Assembly: GCA_947165405.1 (NCBI GenBank) | Contig: CAMVAG010000001.1 | Span: 1-37,484, forward strand | DNA length: 37,484 nucleotides | Direction: 5' to 3' | Source of the DNA: an uncultured Selenomonadales bacterium | Lineage (GTDB): Bacteria; Bacillota; Negativicutes; Selenomonadales; Selenomonadaceae | Shown: piece after piece, positions 1-7,920 of the stretch | Position numbering within the stretch: the first letter of the stretch is position 1 | Layout: each line of letters opens with the position of its first letter | The notes under the pieces: model-generated | Seen by the model: only the letters and a program-made list of their open reading frames with translations | Told to the model about the DNA's origin: nothing | Databases searched by the model: none | Position numbers and translations under genes: made by a program

Positions 1-6
1 AGGAGG

Positions 7-1554
7 ATGATAACTGTGAATGAATGGGAAAAACTTTCGTTAGGTGAAAAAATTTTTTACGGCGGAATCGGAATTGTCGGCGGCGTTGCTTACCTTGGCG
101 GTAAGGCCGTTTTGGAAGGAGGCAAGCTTGTGGCAAAAGGCGTAAAAACTTTTGCCGACGATTGGCAACTTAAGGAGGAAATTGAAGCAAGCAACGCATT
201 TTGCGCCGAGATTGACAGAAATTTCAAAACCAATGCCGAACACTATAAGCGCGATTTCAAAACGATTCGGGAAGATTATTTGCGGATTGTCGACAACGTG
301 CGCAAGCAGTTCGATACTTTGAATACGCTGGAGAAAATTTATTTTGACCGCGAAGTTTCGGCGAAAAATTTTTCCGAAAGTAATATGAACAAATTTCTTG
401 TCGGCAATGAAGACAAGCAAGTTACGTTCGACGGAAGCACCGCGATAAAAAGCGGATTCGGAGCGGGCTTGGGCGTCGGCGTCAGTGCGGTCGGGCTCAT
501 GACGGCTTTCGGTACGGCGGGCACGGGCGCGGCAATTTCTGGCTTGACGGGCACCGCTTACGCACATGCTTTGCTTGCGGCTTTGGGCGGCGGCACCTTG
601 GCAAGCGGCGGGCTCGGCATGGCAGGCGGCGCGGCAGTTTTGGGAGTAGCATTTTTCTTGCCTGCGATTGCCGTAGCGGGGCTTGTCGCTCACAATCAGA
701 TAGCGGACGCCCACAAAAAAGCAACGGCTCAACGGGCAGCTTACGAGAAGCGGCGCGAGTCCGATAAAATTTATTTCGCCGGCGTAGAAAATGGCTTTAA
801 GATTTTGCGCGAGATGAATCACGAATTCTATCGTTCCGCCGAATTTTTTCAACATTTGGTTGCTTTGTCTTTCACCGCGCCAGAAATCGGTTGCGACGAA
901 AATTATCGCAAAATCCTTCGGGACACCGCGCAGGTCGTTCAAACTTACGGTTCGATGAAGGTCGTCGACAAAAACGACAATCTCAACGAAAATCTTAACG
1001 CGGAAGTTTCGGCGACTAAAAAATCTTTCGAGCGGTGTTTTGAACGCTACATTGAATTTCGCACGAAGATAAGCCCGCAAGTTTTGGAGCTGACGGAACG
1101 ATTGAAAAACTTGGAGCTTCAACCGCTCAAGGACGAAGAAATTCGGCAACGCTTTGACAAAGCGGTCGAGTCGGCTCAAGTTGAACTTGATATTACGGCA
1201 ATGAAATTGAATTACGTGGCGGACAGATACATTCCCAAATTTCAAGCATTGCTGGAACGCGGCGTCAAGATAAAAATTTTTTACGGCATCGGCGAGGAGA
1301 ATGCTGACGAAAATCGCAAAACGAACGAGACCGCCGAAAGGCTTGAAGAAATTTTCCGCAACTATCCGAATTTCAAAATCAAGCGGACGGACACGCACGC
1401 GAAGGTTTTTATTTGCGACGATAAATTTTTGGTGCTGTCCAGTTACAACGTGTTGTCGAAGGACGGAAAACGTTACACGTTCGGCGAGGCAGGTCTCCTG
1501 TCCAACGACGCTGAATTGATTGCACACCACAGAAAAGAATACTTCAACTTTTAA
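7..1554 (+). CDS. membrane-associated protein with a glycine-zipper hydrophobic region and a C-terminal single HKD (phospholipase D / Nuc-like) domain
   Basis: 515-aa ORF. AGGAGG at 1-6 abuts the ATG at 7, so the GTG at 16 (9-nt spacing) may be the real start. There is a Gly/Ala-rich hydrophobic block at about aa 150-230 (GFGAGLGVGVSAVGLMTAFGTAGTGAAISGL...GGAAVLGVAFFLPAIAVAGLVA). The C-terminal HAKVFICDD..LSSYN matches the HxK(x)4D..(G)SxN HKD motif (nt 1396-1422), preceded by RGVKIKIFYG as in Nuc-type PLD folds. A terminator follows. Confidence 0.75.
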   Translation: MITVNEWEKLSLGEKIFYGGIGIVGGVAYLGGKAVLEGGKLVAKGVKTFADDWQLKEEIEASNAFCAEIDRNFKTNAEHYKRDFKTIREDYLRIVDNVRKQFDTLNTLEKIYFDREVSAKNFSESNMNKFLVGNEDKQVTFDGSTAIKSGFGAGLGVGVSAVGLMTAFGTAGTGAAISGLTGTAYAHALLAALGGGTLASGGLGMAGGAAVLGVAFFLPAIAVAGLVAHNQIADAHKKATAQRAAYEKRRESDKIYFAGVENGFKILREMNHEFYRSAEFFQHLVALSFTAPEIGCDENYRKILRDTAQVVQTYGSMKVVDKNDNLNENLNAEVSATKKSFERCFERYIEFRTKISPQVLELTERLKNLELQPLKDEEIRQRFDKAVESAQVELDITAMKLNYVADRYIPKFQALLERGVKIKIFYGIGEENADENRKTNETAERLEEIFRNYPNFKIKRTDTHAKVFICDDKFLVLSSYNVLSKDGKRYTFGEAGLLSNDAELIAHHRKEYFNF

Positions 1555-1572
1555 ATCGTGTTGAAAATTTTT

Positions 1573-1601
1573 GCTCGTCGATTATCGGCGGGCGTTTTTT
1601 T
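1573..1601 (+). terminator. intrinsic terminator after the HKD-domain gene
   Basis: gctcgtcg-attat-cggcgggc forms an 8-bp stem (two G-U pairs), followed by g plus T7. Confidence 0.5.
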
Positions 1602-1664
1602 ATAAGCGGCATTCAACGGCGGGCAGGATTTAAATAAACTTTGGCGAAAGTTGCTTTTGTATCA

Positions 1665-1691
1665 TTGACGGCGGATTGATTATGTTAAAAT
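1665..1691 (+). promoter_or_regulatory. putative sigma70-type promoter of the hydrogenase operon
   Basis: TTGACG (1665-1670), 15-nt spacer, TAAAAT (1686-1691) with an extended -10 TG (TGtTAAAAT). Confidence 0.4.
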
Positions 1692-1746
1692 TTTTTTGGG
1701 ACTCATTCATTGCGTATCAATCATCAAACCTGAGGAGGGGCGGAAA

Positions 1747-2829
1747 TTGGAAAAAAGGGAGAGTTTATGGGAGGCATATCTTAGGCGCGGCTTTTCTCGT
1801 CGGAGCTTTTTAAAAGGCTGCGTCGCGTTGACCTCGTTAATGGGCTTGAGCACGGATATGTTCTCGAAAGTCGTGGAGGCAGCGGAAACAAAACCTCTGC
1901 CTGTGGTCGTTTGGATTCACGGACACGAGTGCACGGGTTGCGACGAATCGTTTATTCGTTCGGGAGCACCGCTTGCCTCTGACGTTGTGCTTTCGTCAAT
2001 CGCGTTGGAGTATGACCATTTGTTGAGCGCGGCTTGCGGAGCACCGTTCGAGGCTCACCTCGACGAAACCATTGCCAAATACAACGGGCAATATATCCTC
2101 TGCGTCGAAGGAGCGGTTGCCACAAAAGACAGCGGCGTCTATTGCATGAGCGGCGGGCACACGTTCACTCATCTTTTGGCGAAGGCTGCCAAAGGTGCGG
2201 CGGCGATTATCGCTTACGGAAGTTGTGCGGCTTACGGAGGCATTCAAGCGGCAAAACCGAATCCGACGGGCTCGGCGGGCATTGAACATTTCGTCGGCGG
2301 AAAACCCGTCGTCAAAGTTCCCGGCTGTCCTCCGATTCCCGAAGTCATGACGGGCGTTGTCATGCATGTTGCTTTGTTCGGAAGCTTGCCGCCCTGCGAC
2401 GCCGACGGTCGTCCGAAACAATTTTTCGGCAACAGAATTCATGACACGTGCTATCGTCGTCCGTTCTTCGACGCGGGCATGTTCGCCGAAACTTTCGACG
2501 ACGCAGGTGCAAAGGCGGGCTGGTGTCTTTACAAGCTCGGTTGTCGCGGCCCGGAAACTTACAACTCTTGCGGCAATTTGCGTTGGTGGCAGGGCATGAG
2601 CTATCCGATTCAATCGGGCGCGCCGTGTATCGGTTGTTCCAATGCAAAATTCTGGGACGAAGACCCGTTCACAAGTCGCCTCCCGCAATATGGCAAGCTC
2701 GGTGACGTTGACAAAATCGGCGCGGCTCTGGGTGTCTTGACGGCGGCGGGCGTGGCAGGTCATGCTGTGGCAAGTATCGTTCAGCGCAACCAACGCGAAA
2801 ATCTTATCGACGAGGATCATCACGAGTAA
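1747..2829 (+). CDS. [NiFe] hydrogenase small subunit (Tat-exported, group-1 membrane-bound type)
   Basis: Twin-arginine signal SRRSFLKG, the conserved WIHGHECTGC N-terminal cluster motif, distal cluster cysteines, and a C-terminal hydrophobic anchor (GAALGVLTAAGVAGHAVASIV). The chosen start is the in-frame TTG at 1747, 8 nt after GGAGG (1734-1738). The ORF track starts at an upstream TTG (1696) with no SD. Confidence 0.9.
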   Translation: MEKRESLWEAYLRRGFSRRSFLKGCVALTSLMGLSTDMFSKVVEAAETKPLPVVVWIHGHECTGCDESFIRSGAPLASDVVLSSIALEYDHLLSAACGAPFEAHLDETIAKYNGQYILCVEGAVATKDSGVYCMSGGHTFTHLLAKAAKGAAAIIAYGSCAAYGGIQAAKPNPTGSAGIEHFVGGKPVVKVPGCPPIPEVMTGVVMHVALFGSLPPCDADGRPKQFFGNRIHDTCYRRPFFDAGMFAETFDDAGAKAGWCLYKLGCRGPETYNSCGNLRWWQGMSYPIQSGAPCIGCSNAKFWDEDPFTSRLPQYGKLGDVDKIGAALGVLTAAGVAGHAVASIVQRNQRENLIDEDHHE

Positions 2830-2864
2830 GCTGTCAGCTGTCAGCTTAAAGAGGAGGAAATTTT

Positions 2865-4766
2865 ATGCAACACGTTGTAGTTGACCCGATAACCAGAATT
2901 GAAGGGCACTTGCGCGTTGAAGTTACCGTAGACGAGACAACCGGCACAGTCACCGATGCAATTTCAAGCGGCACTGCTTGGCGCGGACTTGAACTCGTCA
3001 TGAAGGACCGCGACCCTCGCGACGCTTGGGCTTACATTCAACGCATTTGCGGCGTCTGCACGACGGCTCATGCGCTTGCCTCTGTCCGCTCTGTCGAGGA
3101 CGCTCTCGGTATCGCAATCCCGCTCAACGCAAATTATATCCGCAACATTATGGCGGCGACTTTGACTGTTCAAGATCATTTGATTCATTTCTATCATCTT
3201 CACGCGCTCGATTGGGTTAGCCCTGTCGAAGCTTTGAATGCCGACCCTGCCAAGACTGCCGAACTTCAAGTTGCGGTGCTCAATGCTTATCGGCTTGATT
3301 TAAAAGTTCCGGAAGAAGTCAACACCGAAGCTTATCCGCATGACTTCCCCGCCGCAACGCCTCAATATTTCGCAAGCATTAAAGCCAAAGTTCAAGCTAT
3401 CGTTGCAAGCGGTCAGCTCGGAATTTTCTCGGCGCATTGGTGGGATCATCCCGATTACAAACTTTTGCCGCCCGAAGTTCATCTTATGGCAGTCGCTCAT
3501 TATCTTGAAATGCTCGACAAGCAACGCGAAATTATTACGCCGCATGTCGTCTTCGGCGGAAAGAATCCTCACCCGCATTACGTTGTGGGCGGTGTTCCCT
3601 GCGCTATCAGCTTGACAGACGGCAACGCTCCGATTAACACGGCACGCCTCGCGATTGTCGACAGGGCTGTCAATATGGCTCGTGACCTCGTCAACAATTA
3701 TTATCTGCCCGACCTCGTTGCTATCGGCGTGATTTATGCTAAGGCAGGGCGCGTTGACGGCGGCGGCTTGGCTCGCGAACGTGTCATGGCTTTCGGCGAT
3801 TATCCTCTCAACGGCTACAGCGGCACTTCGAACGGCGGCGGCTACTTTGAAAATCTTTTAGTTCGTTCAAACGGCGTCGTCGAAAACTTTGCTCAAGGTG
3901 TCGAGAAGGCTGTTTTCACTCCGATAACCGCGGAAGATTTGAAATCGCCCGACATCATCTCCGAAGGCGTCGAACATGCTTGGTACGAATATCCCGAAAG
4001 TGCCGGCAAAGATTTGCATCCTTGGAAGGGAATCACCAAAGACAAATTCACCGGACCGAAGACCGGAACTCCGACCATGTGGGAAACGCTCAACGAGGGC
4101 GGAAAATATTCTTGGCTCAAAACTCCCAAATGGAAAGGCAAGCTCTGCGAAGTGGGACCGCTCGCACATTATATTGTTATTTACACCAAAGCCGCCAAAG
4201 GTCAGCTGCCCGACCCGACTTGGGCGGAACAAATGATGCTCAAGCAAATTGAAGTTGTCTCGACGGTTTTGGGTGTGCCCGCTCATGTTTGGATGCCGAC
4301 GATGCTCGGAAGAACTGCCTGCCGTTGCCTCGACGCACAACTTGCCGCAGAGGTTAATAAATTTTTCTTCGACAAGCTAATTGCGAATCTTAAGACGGGC
4401 GACACCACGACCATGAACAATGAAAAATGGACACCCGACACTTGGGCACCCGAATGCATGGGCGTCGGACTTTACGAGGCTCCTCGCGGTGGCTTGAGTC
4501 ATTGGGTTTGCATTAAGGACGGCAAGATTGACAACTATCAATGCATTGTCCCGACGACTTGGAATGCCTGCCCTCGTGACGATAAAGCCGGTCACGGTGC
4601 CTACGAACTTGCAATGATGACGACGCACGTCGCTGACCCGACCAAGCCGCTTGAAATTCCAAAAGTCATTCGCTCGTTCGACCCGTGCCTCGCCTGCGCT
4701 ACCCACATGTACAACGCCAAGGGGGAGGAGATTCATATCATTTCGACCGACCCCTACGGGAGGTGA
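2865..4766 (+). CDS. [NiFe] hydrogenase large subunit
   Basis: N-terminal RIEGH and RICGVCTTAH motifs and C-terminal DPCLACATH nickel-binding motif with a short cleavable tail. SD GAGGAGGA lies upstream of the ATG. Confidence 0.95.
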   Translation: MQHVVVDPITRIEGHLRVEVTVDETTGTVTDAISSGTAWRGLELVMKDRDPRDAWAYIQRICGVCTTAHALASVRSVEDALGIAIPLNANYIRNIMAATLTVQDHLIHFYHLHALDWVSPVEALNADPAKTAELQVAVLNAYRLDLKVPEEVNTEAYPHDFPAATPQYFASIKAKVQAIVASGQLGIFSAHWWDHPDYKLLPPEVHLMAVAHYLEMLDKQREIITPHVVFGGKNPHPHYVVGGVPCAISLTDGNAPINTARLAIVDRAVNMARDLVNNYYLPDLVAIGVIYAKAGRVDGGGLARERVMAFGDYPLNGYSGTSNGGGYFENLLVRSNGVVENFAQGVEKAVFTPITAEDLKSPDIISEGVEHAWYEYPESAGKDLHPWKGITKDKFTGPKTGTPTMWETLNEGGKYSWLKTPKWKGKLCEVGPLAHYIVIYTKAAKGQLPDPTWAEQMMLKQIEVVSTVLGVPAHVWMPTMLGRTACRCLDAQLAAEVNKFFFDKLIANLKTGDTTTMNNEKWTPDTWAPECMGVGLYEAPRGGLSHWVCIKDGKIDNYQCIVPTTWNACPRDDKAGHGAYELAMMTTHVADPTKPLEIPKVIRSFDPCLACATHMYNAKGEEIHIISTDPYGR

Positions 4767-4772
4767 GCGGCT

Positions 4773-5471
4773 ATGGCGATTAAATCTGTCAAGGACGTTA
4801 AGCGCAAGGAGTATTATCTTTTCAGCCCGTTTCTAAGAATTTTTCACTGGCTTATGGTCGTAATGATTCTTGTCCTCTTCGGCACGGGACTTATTATCAC
4901 CAAGCCTCTCAACGTCGGCGGAACCGAGCCTGTCTTCGCGGGCATGTATGTTGACATCGTGCGCGATATTCATTTCCTCGCGGCGTTCATTCTCTGTGCG
5001 GGTTTGATTATGCGCGTCTACGGATTCATTATCAACAAAGGCGACAGACTTTTTCCGCGCTTTTGGGAAGGACACTTCTACAGCGAAACCGTCGAGGTTG
5101 CCCTCCACTACATGCTTGTAAAATCTCATCACGCACCGTTTTTGAGAAATCCTCTGGCTCGCGGCTCCTATGCAATGCTTTACGTCTTGCTTGCGATTGA
5201 AATTCTCACGGGCTTTGCAATGTACCTCATGGCGAATCCTTCTTCGACGTTCGGATTTTTATTCGGCTGGGTCAATACCCTCGTCGGCTCCGAAATGATG
5301 AGCCATTACATTCATCATTACGTTGCTTGGTTCATAATCCTCTTCGCTATCGGGCATTTCTACATGGTCGTCCGCGCAGAGTTCATGGAAGGCGAAAGCG
5401 AAGTCTCCAGCATGTTCTCCGGCAAAAAAGTTTTGGCTCACACTCCGAAGGACGCCAACGAACTCGATTAA
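4773..5471 (+). CDS. cybH: Ni/Fe-hydrogenase b-type cytochrome subunit
   Basis: 232-aa, 4-TM protein directly after the large subunit (6-nt gap, SD GGGAGGTGA). Has the RIFHW.. N-terminal motif and conserved His residues typical of HyaC/CybH. Confidence 0.85.
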   Translation: MAIKSVKDVKRKEYYLFSPFLRIFHWLMVVMILVLFGTGLIITKPLNVGGTEPVFAGMYVDIVRDIHFLAAFILCAGLIMRVYGFIINKGDRLFPRFWEGHFYSETVEVALHYMLVKSHHAPFLRNPLARGSYAMLYVLLAIEILTGFAMYLMANPSSTFGFLFGWVNTLVGSEMMSHYIHHYVAWFIILFAIGHFYMVVRAEFMEGESEVSSMFSGKKVLAHTPKDANELD

Positions 5472-5494
5472 AATTTTTCGACGCAAAAAAATTT

Positions 5495-5520
5495 CCCCGT
5501 CAAGTACGGGGATTTTTTTT
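5495..5520 (+). terminator. intrinsic terminator ending the hydrogenase operon
   Basis: CCCCGT-caagt-ACGGGG followed by aT8. Confidence 0.8.
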
Positions 5521-5543
5521 GAAAAATTTTTGGAGGTATATCG

Positions 5544-6167
5544 ATGAAAAATTTTGTTAATCATTGGGCAACGGTCTCTTTGTTTCTCGCTGCGATTGTC
5601 GCGCTGACCATGAACTTTGCCTCATTCAATTTTACTCAAAACATTTTGCTTGCGCTTATCGTCTGCATGCTTTTGCATTTCTTCGAGGAATTCGGATTTC
5701 CCGGTGGCTTCCCTTATATCGGCATGAAAGTTTTGATGAACAGCAAGGAAAAAAATCCTGCGCGCCGGGGAGCAAATAATTTGAATTTGCTGTTCGGCAA
5801 CCGGGGATTTCTTTTTTTGGTGTACGTTTTGCCGCTCATGATTCCGAGCATAAGATTTCTCACGCTTGCCGCGATTTTGTTTTCGTTTTTGGAATTTTTT
5901 ATGCACGCGATACTTTTCAACCGCAAGCTCAAAACTTTTTACAATCCGGGATTAATCACCGCCGTATTCGGAATGACGCCGATAGCGATTTACTATTTGA
6001 TAAGCACACACGGACAAAATTTGTACGCTTGGCATGATTATATCGTTGCGTTCGTTTGGTGCATTGCGGTGTTCATGTTTTGTTTCAGGTCGCCGATTTA
6101 TTGGAGTCTCGGCAAGAAAAGCGGCTATCCTTTTACAAAAAGAGCTGCCTTCGGCTTTGCGCAATGA
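5544..6167 (+). CDS. HXXEE-domain integral membrane protein
   Basis: 207-aa polytopic ORF with HFFEEFGFPGGF (HXXEE motif). SD GGAGG lies 8 nt upstream of the ATG. Confidence 0.7.
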   Translation: MKNFVNHWATVSLFLAAIVALTMNFASFNFTQNILLALIVCMLLHFFEEFGFPGGFPYIGMKVLMNSKEKNPARRGANNLNLLFGNRGFLFLVYVLPLMIPSIRFLTLAAILFSFLEFFMHAILFNRKLKTFYNPGLITAVFGMTPIAIYYLISTHGQNLYAWHDYIVAFVWCIAVFMFCFRSPIYWSLGKKSGYPFTKRAAFGFAQ

Positions 6168-6173
6168 ACTCGA

Positions 6174-6210
6174 CAAAAAAACTTCCCCGTCAAGCGGCGG
6201 GGATTTTTTT
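6174..6210. terminator. bidirectional intrinsic terminator between convergent genes
   Basis: A7-cttCCCCGtcaagcggCGGGGa-T7. It overlaps the stop codon of the minus-strand transferase gene. Confidence 0.75.
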
Positions 6211-7879
6211 ATTTGACGTAAGGCTCGCCGTTGTAAATTCGCGGTCGCGCCTCAAAATTTTTGTTGATAATGCTTTTGCTCTCGTCGAAGGAAGTCGTGC
6301 GAATGTCCATGAGGTCGAGGATTGTGTGAATCAAATAATCCGTGCGATACGGTCGGTCGACAGCTGCCTCGATTGCAGAAATTTTTTCGGGATAACGTTC
6401 GCGAAATTCTTTCGACGCCCAAACAAGCGCGGGAATTTCAATCATGTGGACGTTGCCCGCTTCCTCCATAGAGTGTCCTGCGAAGTTACGACTCTCGTAG
6501 ACTTCTTCAGCGTGGTCGGAAATGTAAATCAAGACGGCGTTTTTATTTTCGAAGCGGCGGATAATTTCGTCGACGATAAAATCGTTGTACAAGACGGCGT
6601 TGTCGTATTCGGCAGTGCCTTGCCGCCAAAGCTCTTCGGGCTTGTCAATGTCTTTTGCGGAAAATTTTTCAAAGTCGGAAGGATAACGTTCCTTGTAAAT
6701 TGCATGCGTGCCGTAAAGATGAATCAGCCAAAAATTTTTCTCCCGCGCATGGTTAAGGTATTCGTCAAGCACGGGAAGCAACACGCCGTCGATTTGTCTT
6801 TGCCTCGCGATTTTGTCTTCCGCCTCGATAAAAAATTTTTCATCGCAACGAACCGAAAAATATTTATCAAAATTTCCCCACAAGCCGAGCGGACTCTGAT
6901 TCGACAGCCACACCGTATGATAATCCGTTCGGCGCAGGATATCGAAAAGATTTGCTTTAAGATACCAATCGCTTTGAGGCTCCTCTTTTTCCGCGAAAGT
7001 AAAAATTTTCGCCATGGCGGGCGAGGTGTTGTTGGCGCAAGCGATTGTGTCGTTGAAGCGAAAAATTTCTCCGCGTTCAAAGCGGGCACTCAAGTGCGGC
7101 GTCGTCGGCAAACGATAGCCGTAAAGTTGCATGTGATTGCGGTCGGTGGATTCGCCCAAGACAAAGACGACGTTCGGAATATTTGATTCGTCAGAAAGAA
7201 TTTTTTCGGTCTCAAGCTGCTTGTCCATCTCCGCGAAAATTTTTTCCTCGCTGCTTATCGGATACTGTGTCAATAAAAAATGGAGGTCATTTGCCGTGCG
7301 CCAAGCCGTCGTGTTGAAGAAAAGGGCATTCGTCAAGCCGAGCAAAATGTGAAATGCATTGTAAGCATAAACCACCAGCGGCAGGAACAAAATTATCAGC
7401 AAGTCAATCGTCAACCGCTTGAGTCTTTCCTCCGAGCGCGTCGCCAAAAATTTTTTCAAGCCGAGAATCAAAGCCGCCGTCAAGATTATGAACGCCGCGA
7501 TTGCCGCGAGGATTTTAAAATTCAAAACGTATTCTTGCAGGAAAGCTTGTGCCGTCAGAGGATTTGTTCCGAGCAAAATTTGCAAGGTGTCCATGTTCAG
7601 CGGCACGCCGAAATTTTTAATCAAGAAAATGTCCGCGACGAACCGGAGCGCGAAAAAAATTATCAGCACGGTTTGAATTACGCGGCGAAGTTTCGGAAAT
7701 AAAAAATGACTCGCCGCCGTGACGAAAAATATCGCCAACGCACCGAACCAAAAATTTATCGCGCCCGCCGAAATATTTTTATCAGCCAAGATTATCGACG
7801 AATTTAAAATTGTGAGGACGACGAAAAAAAATCCGTCCTCTCTAAGAATAATCACCCCCCCCCCGAACGATTGATTCAA
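6209..7879 (-). CDS. phosphoethanolamine transferase, EptA/sulfatase-like family (5' end disrupted or phase-shifted at a poly-G tract)
   Basis: N-terminal multi-TM region plus a periplasmic sulfatase-type domain (VFVLGESTDRNHMQLYGYRLPTTPHL, YISDHAEE). As assembled, the long frame can only begin at the TTG at 7879, which has no SD. The SD-linked ATG at 7904 is in another frame (see findings). Confidence 0.8.
   Translation of the reverse strand: MNQSFGGGVIILREDGFFFVVLTILNSSIILADKNISAGAINFWFGALAIFFVTAASHFLFPKLRRVIQTVLIIFFALRFVADIFLIKNFGVPLNMDTLQILLGTNPLTAQAFLQEYVLNFKILAAIAAFIILTAALILGLKKFLATRSEERLKRLTIDLLIILFLPLVVYAYNAFHILLGLTNALFFNTTAWRTANDLHFLLTQYPISSEEKIFAEMDKQLETEKILSDESNIPNVVFVLGESTDRNHMQLYGYRLPTTPHLSARFERGEIFRFNDTIACANNTSPAMAKIFTFAEKEEPQSDWYLKANLFDILRRTDYHTVWLSNQSPLGLWGNFDKYFSVRCDEKFFIEAEDKIARQRQIDGVLLPVLDEYLNHAREKNFWLIHLYGTHAIYKERYPSDFEKFSAKDIDKPEELWRQGTAEYDNAVLYNDFIVDEIIRRFENKNAVLIYISDHAEEVYESRNFAGHSMEEAGNVHMIEIPALVWASKEFRERYPEKISAIEAAVDRPYRTDYLIHTILDLMDIRTTSFDESKSIINKNFEARPRIYNGEPYVK
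7855..7864 (-). repeat. homopolymeric G10 tract (C10 on the + strand) inside the 5' end of the EptA-family gene
   Basis: Read directly: atcaCCCCCCCCCCgaac. It encodes the GGG in MNQSFGGGV. Confidence 0.95.
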
Positions 7880-7920
7880 AGAAAAATTTCAGTCTGCCGA
7901 GCATAAATGTACCTCTTGCT

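Noticed and set aside
40-1530. Very long antisense ORFs opposite real genes: 40-1530 (496 aa), 1996-2823 (275 aa), 6056-7186 (376 aa), 24396-25430 (344 aa), 27048-27992 (314 aa), 35350-36474 (374 aa).
   Set aside because: Each one is in exact codon register with the sense gene, so its stop codons would correspond to sense TTA, CTA or TCA codons, which this genome almost never uses. For example, the 40-1530 ORF ends exactly at the single TTA codon at 40-42. The translations are low-complexity and Arg/Phe-rich, carry no motifs or SD sequences, and the sense genes have unambiguous family signatures. This is a codon-usage artefact, not overlapping genes.
4680-4766. Possible [NiFeSe] hydrogenase or selenocysteine recoding in the large subunit.
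   Set aside because: The C-terminal nickel motif is DPCLACATH with ordinary Cys codons, there is no in-frame TGA, and no SECIS-like hairpin is needed.
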